Source: Priapulus caudatus
Lineage: Eukaryota
Assembly (NCBI RefSeq): GCF_000485595.1
Contig: NW_014577088.1
Location: 127,615-177,338 of the forward strand
Direction of reading: 5' to 3'
DNA length: 49,724 nt
In this document: one piece after another, positions 46,464 through 49,724 of the stretch
Numbering within the stretch: the stretch's first letter is position 1
How the letters are laid out: every line of letters begins with the position of its first letter
Notes under the pieces: generated by a model
Database searches by the model: none
What the model was told of the DNA's origin: nothing
What the model saw: only the letters and a program-made list of their open reading frames with translations
Translations under genes and position numbers: made by a program

Positions 46464-48021
46464 CTGAATGTTCTTGTAAAGAGAGAGAGCGAGAGAGGAG
46501 AGAAAGAAAGAATGAAAGAGAGAGAGAGAGGCTGAAATCCTATTCCTAAATTCTCCCTTGTCTAAAATTCCTTCCTTAATCTTCCTGTTCTAAACAGATT
46601 ATAACCGGTAAATATACTTTTAATGCATTTTTCTGGTTTTTATTTTTGTGAAGTTTGATATATCAGCGTTGTGTACAATATATTAACAGGTGTGTGTGTG
46701 GTTGAAATTCACTACAAATTAAATGAACAGGAATAAAGAGCACAACTAACACTAACAGCTTTCTCTCAGACATATGACATGTTGTTCAATGTTATGAAAG
46801 TGTCTTCATCACGTATTCAAGTTACAAATAATGCAAACACGTCATAATAATTCTGGTCCAAAAAATTTATTTGCTTGAGCCTTGTAGCACAGCAAACGCA
46901 ATAAAATGTTACCGACTTGAATTATTTCAGAGATTATCCCATTTATTGCTAATATGTTATAGGTAATGTGTAAAAATGCGTCAATATGAATAACAACCCA
47001 GTAATATGTGCCCCTACGTACTTTAAGAATAATGGCCTTTTCATTTTTTCTGTCAAATACAAAAATGAGATTTTTGGCCTACCTACCGTCCATCAAAAAT
47101 CGTCACCATCTCAGTTCTCCAGCTTATATGATATGGGTTACGACAACCCTACGTTGTGTGGAACAGTCCGAAGCACACATTTTCTCATTCATGTTCATTT
47201 TTCTCTACACGTGCCATTAACACTAACCAATAGATTTGTCATTATTCCAGATAGCTCGGGGATGGGGCATACAGTGACACTTTTAGTAATTAGGGTCAAA
47301 TTTTGCATCAGGATACAAAAATAGAGCCTGAGCTAACGCATGAATAGTGGATGTAAGGATCATGCAAGGACGAAAGGCACATGTGCTATTTTACAGTATG
47401 TAGTTTGAGGTGATTCGCTTTGAATCTTATTTGAACGGCGATGTATGTATCTAACTTTGATTTTAAAGAGCACAAGCTACGGTTTCTACTAACATGTGAA
47501 TATATCGCGTTCTAGTAGTTAATGAAACGTTTACTCGTATTCAAAGACAATGAATGCTAATTTTGATAGTTGTGTTGAATTCCATACACATGTCGAATTG
47601 AAAGAAAAAAACAATATTCCATTTACTTTTTAAATTCAAAAGTGTTTAAGACGTTTAAAACTACTTAAAATCGCATTATTTATTACATTTATTGCACCAG
47701 GAGTCAGACAATAGACAGGTTTTGCCTACTATGTCTGTTGTGTCACTGTCTATAGACATTTTGGTATAATTATACATACATACATGTGACGCCTGTCTGT
47801 TATGTAAGTCTGGGTTGTTTCTCCTGTTTACATGCATAAATTACCCATGTAGACACTTGTGCTGCCGGGAGGCTTCAAAGCTAAGCTCATCGATAAGCCT
47901 GAGTGCGACATAGTGCCTTACCAAAATGAATACATGTAATTAATGATTTTATCTTTTCTCCACTGTATCTGTTTTCCATATATGAAAAAGGGGCAACCGT
48001 ATGTATATAGTACAATTGTAT

Positions 48022-48064
48022 CAGGAGCTAATAATGACGAATAATTTGTCATTATTAGCTCCTG
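48022..48064. mobile_element. 43-bp palindromic mini-transposon (P-like, CA...TG) with 7-bp TSD attgtat
   Basis: caggagctaataatgac / gtcattattagctcctg; attgtat at 48015-48021 and 48065-48071. Confidence 0.75.
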
Positions 48065-49724
48065 ATTGTATGTAATGTACAAATGTATATAATTCGAATT
48101 AGTCCATATTTTAAGTATTTTTTAATAGTTTTTAGGGTCGTCGCCTGAGTAGTAGAAAGGGTTACAGACAAAATGAAATGTGAAACATTTATAGACCTAA
48201 ATGGGAAATTGAAGCATTTATATGCAGGGAAATCATGACATAAAGTAGAGTAGGCCCCCCTATTTCTAGACAGAGCGTAAGGCCATAATGCAACACGTCC
48301 GTAGGCCGTAAAATGACATCAAATTAAACATTAGTAGACTGTGAATTAGCATCCAGAGAGACATGATACAAGATTGCGTTGCACAACTTTGCTGTTGATC
48401 CTGAGCACTGCTCGCGGATGAGACGCGCAGTTCCGCGGGATATGCGCACGCGACCGCGGGGATGTTCAAGTATGAAGCGCTGTCCGCAGTGGTGACGTGC
48501 GCCAAATTCGAGGCACGGCGCACGTCTCCACAGCGATCAGCGGATGGTCTGTAGTTTTAGAAGATATAACAATGAAAGGCTTTGTTCTAAATAAGAACTA
48601 TCGGCGGCTAAATAAGAGCAATATACAGACCTTTGAATTTCTTGACTATAGTCAGTCAAAGGGCTTGTTGGGGGTCCATTATGCAAAGCTTCCAATTGAA
48701 ATGGCTCATGAAATTGTCAAGTGGAATTGTGTTTTTCGGAACCCTAAAGAAAATGTCTCCCTCTTACATGCACCCGGCCCCTCCCTGATCAATCACGCAT
48801 TCAGGCGTAAGCAATAACAGAGATGAAATTGTGTTGAGTTTATGGCTCTTGACGCACGTGCATTGACGTACAAGACTGATGAAAGCTAGCAGGCATACAG
48901 GCACTTGGAACGTCTCAATAAAAATAAATATTCACACAATTTTTCACAATGATCGACCGCCTGTGTGCAAAAATGGTGAACGTACGTGAAACATATACGG
49001 TTAATACTTACTGTGACATATCCGTGACTAACTGACACCACTAAATTGGTAAAATGTTCCATGCACCTTAAGAAATGCTGAGAAATTACGAGATTATCAT
49101 CGCAGAACTCCGACACCGCCCAGCCTCATGTCACAAAGCTATATGTAAACAAACACGCGTGTTGCGAGGTGCGTGCCTTCTATATGCATTTCGAGGCCCG
49201 CGAAGCCAAGCATAAAACGCGCGGGCAAGACGTCACACACACAGCTACGTTCATTGGCTAAAACAATCGAGTAGCGCGGTTGAGGATTTTCGGAATTATT
49301 TAATAATAAGAAAAACTTCAATGTACAATGAATGACGCACTCGTTCACTTCCGAAAGCGGGTAAAAATGCCGAATTTTTCCACTTTGGTGCGAAATGCAT
49401 CGGCCGGGCCTTTCATTATTTGCGAAAACGCAAACAGTCTCGTCAAACACCTACACGCAGTAACGGGTCACGTCGTTGACGCCCCATTCATGCCCATCAA
49501 CGAAGAAGGCGGGGCTTAATTATTCTGATTACGGAAATAGTACAGTCGGTTAGGTCAGAATATCATCTAAATCGTTCAAATTGTGAAAAAAGTGTGAAAA
49601 TTGGTACACTTGCATACTTTTGTATGCTCTTTCATTTAAAAGCAGGACACACGCGATCCAACTACAACTTCGGCCGCCATCTTGAATTTAAAAATGGCCG
49701 CCGTCATTTAAAAAAAAAGAAGCT

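Noticed and set aside
48250..49724. CpG-rich block with short ORFs and gccgccatcttgaa/aaaatggccgcc motifs
   Set aside because: Looks like DNA-transposon interior, but I could not define TIRs, a TSD or a coding domain.

Overview
Eukaryotic (animal, probably invertebrate) genomic DNA: AT-rich, intron- and transposon-rich, with two assembly gaps (8612-8621, 10583-11274). The left third holds the 5' part of a minus-strand CFAP65 (CCDC108) ciliary gene. I traced 21 GT-AG exons with continuous reading frame (17145 to 1764, 2601 nt, 867 codons), and the gene runs off the left edge. Bases 1-1274 are a diverged copy of CFAP65 intron sequence at 9344-10582. The middle (17.2-38.3 kb) is a dense field of nested non-autonomous DNA transposons with readable TIRs and TSDs, CR1/L2-type LINE remnants, a Penelope-like hairpin with a hammerhead-like core, and several kb-scale duplications, some probably assembly artefacts. 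At 40459-41718 (+) is an intronless, very GC-rich ankyrin-repeat gene ending in a Fem-1-like BC/VHL(SOCS)-box, preceded by a CpG-rich E-box/HRE cluster. A second CpG-rich region at 44.4-45.7 kb may be the first exon of another + strand gene. I found no convincing wholly new biological system; the best leads are the ANK-BC-box gene and its promoter, the TTAGGG-carrying 9-bp-TSD MITEs, the hammerhead-like insertion and the CFAP65 internal duplication. Protein similarities are from recalled sequences, not database searches.
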